From NCBI GenBank assembly GCA_042569985.1, contig JBHPHB010000003.1:1-57491 (forward strand): DNA of 57,491 bases. Direction: 5' to 3'. The translations under genes were made by a program, and so were the position numbers. The notes under the pieces are model-generated. The model was not told the DNA's origin. It saw only the letters and a program-made list of their open reading frames with translations, and searched no databases. This stretch comes from Spirochaetota bacterium (lineage in GTDB: Bacteria; Spirochaetota; UBA4802; UBA5550). Positions 56,305-57,491 of the stretch are shown here, one piece after another; within the stretch, counting starts at the first letter, position 1, and each line of letters starts with the position of its first letter.

Positions 56305-57491
56305 ATATATTTTTTTTGTTATCATTGTCCTGGTCTTCATTTTAAGGATTTCCGGCCTATACCAGCCCATACTTGATATTGACGAATCAGTTTTTAGCGA
56401 ATTTGCAAATATTATTCTTGATGGCGGCCTTCCGTATATTGATGCCATTGACAATAAACCCCCCCTTAACTATTATTTTTTTGCGCTTGTTTTTAAAGTT
56501 TTCGGGAAAAACAACTTACCTTCTGTTCACCTTGTTACTATATTTATTGTTATTGCCACCTCTATTTTTGTATATCTGCTGACAAAAGAAATATTTAATA
56601 AAAGGGCAGGCGTTATTTCGGCACTGCTATTTGTTTTCCTTGCCCATACATATGAGCCAAAATATATTTCAACATCCGGAGAGACCTTAATTAACCTACC
56701 AGTAATTATATCAATATTTATTTATATGAAGTTCAGGGCCCTTAACCTGAAGCATCTGTTTCTGTTTGTTTTTTCAGGTATGCTCCTGGGCATTTCCATA
56801 CTGTTAAACTACAAGGCCGGAATTTATCCCATCCTCATAATTATACATGGCATTCTTGTTTTGATAATCTTTCGGGGCAGTGATAATTTTTTTGAATCAC
56901 TTAAACAGGAATTTATAAAATTACTGGTAACAGGAATTTCGGCAATGGTCCCGGTTTTTCTTGTGATGCTGTACTTTTATAATATAGGGAATATTGAGGA
57001 ATTTTTATACTGGGGATTTAATTATAATTTTGGTTATATAAGTTCAGGCGTAAGCAGTCAGCCCTTTCTTAAATCCCTGGCAAGGACATCATATTTTATT
57101 TTCTGTTCCCTTCCGGCATGGATTATCGTACTGGTTTTTGTAAAGAGAGACTTCATTATAAATATAAAGGAAATTATAAAGGGAAAAGCAGGTTACGGTA
57201 ACCTGAATTTTATATTTTTGATATTATGGCTTGTCTTTTCCTTTTACTCTGCGCTTATAGGCGGGAGGACATATGGCCATTATTTCATTCAGATAATTAT
57301 ACCCCTTTCCATTTTGACCTCTGCCGCATATGATAAGCTGTTTGTAGAAAACAACGGGTACACAAAAGCTTTCTGGGCATTCTTTATTGTTACAGTTATG
57401 ATATTTTCCCTTTCCAGGGTTAACATAGGTTATACATATAAATTGATTAACTATCCAAACCGGAAAGCATTTGAAAGCTATGAAAAGGTGG
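56288..57491 (+). CDS. Second GT-C fold membrane glycosyltransferase (ArnT-like), 3' end outside the window
   Basis: Absent from the ORF track because it has no stop in the window. The frame is open from 56204 to the window end: ...KYIFFVIIVLVFILRISGLYQPILDIDESVFSEFANIILDGGLPYIDAIDNKPPLNYYFFALVF... It has the DxD/E first-loop motif and DNKPPL typical of ArnT-type enzymes. Start is uncertain (TTG 56288 or GTG 56252). Confidence 0.65.
   Translation, partial: MEKINKYIFFVIIVLVFILRISGLYQPILDIDESVFSEFANIILDGGLPYIDAIDNKPPLNYYFFALVFKVFGKNNLPSVHLVTIFIVIATSIFVYLLTKEIFNKRAGVISALLFVFLAHTYEPKYISTSGETLINLPVIISIFIYMKFRALNLKHLFLFVFSGMLLGISILLNYKAGIYPILIIIHGILVLIIFRGSDNFFESLKQEFIKLLVTGISAMVPVFLVMLYFYNIGNIEEFLYWGFNYNFGYISSGVSSQPFLKSLARTSYFIFCSLPAWIIVLVFVKRDFIINIKEIIKGKAGYGNLNFIFLILWLVFSFYSALIGGRTYGHYFIQIIIPLSILTSAAYDKLFVENNGYTKAFWAFFIVTVMIFSLSRVNIGYTYKLINYPNRKAFESYEKV

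Noticed and set aside
1-57491. Searched intergenic regions for sigma-54 promoters (TGGCAC-N5-TTGCW) as targets of the NtrC-type regulator
   Set aside because: The TGGCA-containing sites (for example 10094-10110, 26203-26220 and 27382-27400, plus the rplT start at 24689) all lack a GC at the -12 spacing. No credible -24/-12 element was seen.
1-57491. CRISPR arrays, IS elements, integrases, prophage or defence-island genes
   Set aside because: No direct-repeat/spacer periodicity was seen. No transposase, integrase or recombinase-like ORF is present, including next to tRNA-Val.

Overview
This is an AT-rich, tightly packed bacterial chromosomal segment of about 60 genes, read in the standard genetic code. 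It looks diderm: there are beta-barrel OMPs ending in aromatic residues, lipobox lipoproteins and MurJ. Most of it is core housekeeping in familiar syntenies: priA; ribH-nusB; tRNA-Val; thrS; infC-rpmI-rplT; zapA; scpA-scpB; cmk-rpsA; rpmF; acpP-rnc; aroB; murJ.

Signalling and accessory modules are interspersed:
- an NtrY-like kinase with a sigma-54 response regulator
- a PP2C sensor phosphatase with a pseudo-receiver
- an ECF sigma factor with a FecR/PQQ-propeller protein
- a cheW-cheA-cheB-cheY cluster
- a STAS protein
- a TPR / FecCD-like permease / degenerate ABC-ATPase operon
- an ArsR-headed seven-gene arsenic/thiol-redox operon
- two tandem GT-C glycosyltransferases

I saw no rRNA, CRISPR array, transposase, integrase or recognisable defence island, so I cannot point to a clear-cut new multi-gene system. 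The observations most worth a second look are:
1. a 1060-aa CheA carrying a C-terminal CheC/CheX-type phosphatase domain
2. the DHp and catalytic halves of one sensor kinase encoded back-to-back on opposite strands at the left edge
3. an ABC ATPase that keeps Walker A but has lost the signature, catalytic Glu and H-loop His
4. an OMP gene split by an in-frame TAG
5. a HAD phosphatase whose catalytic DxDGT motif lies upstream of any canonical start codon (probable ATT start)

All functional calls come from reading motifs by eye. No database search was run.
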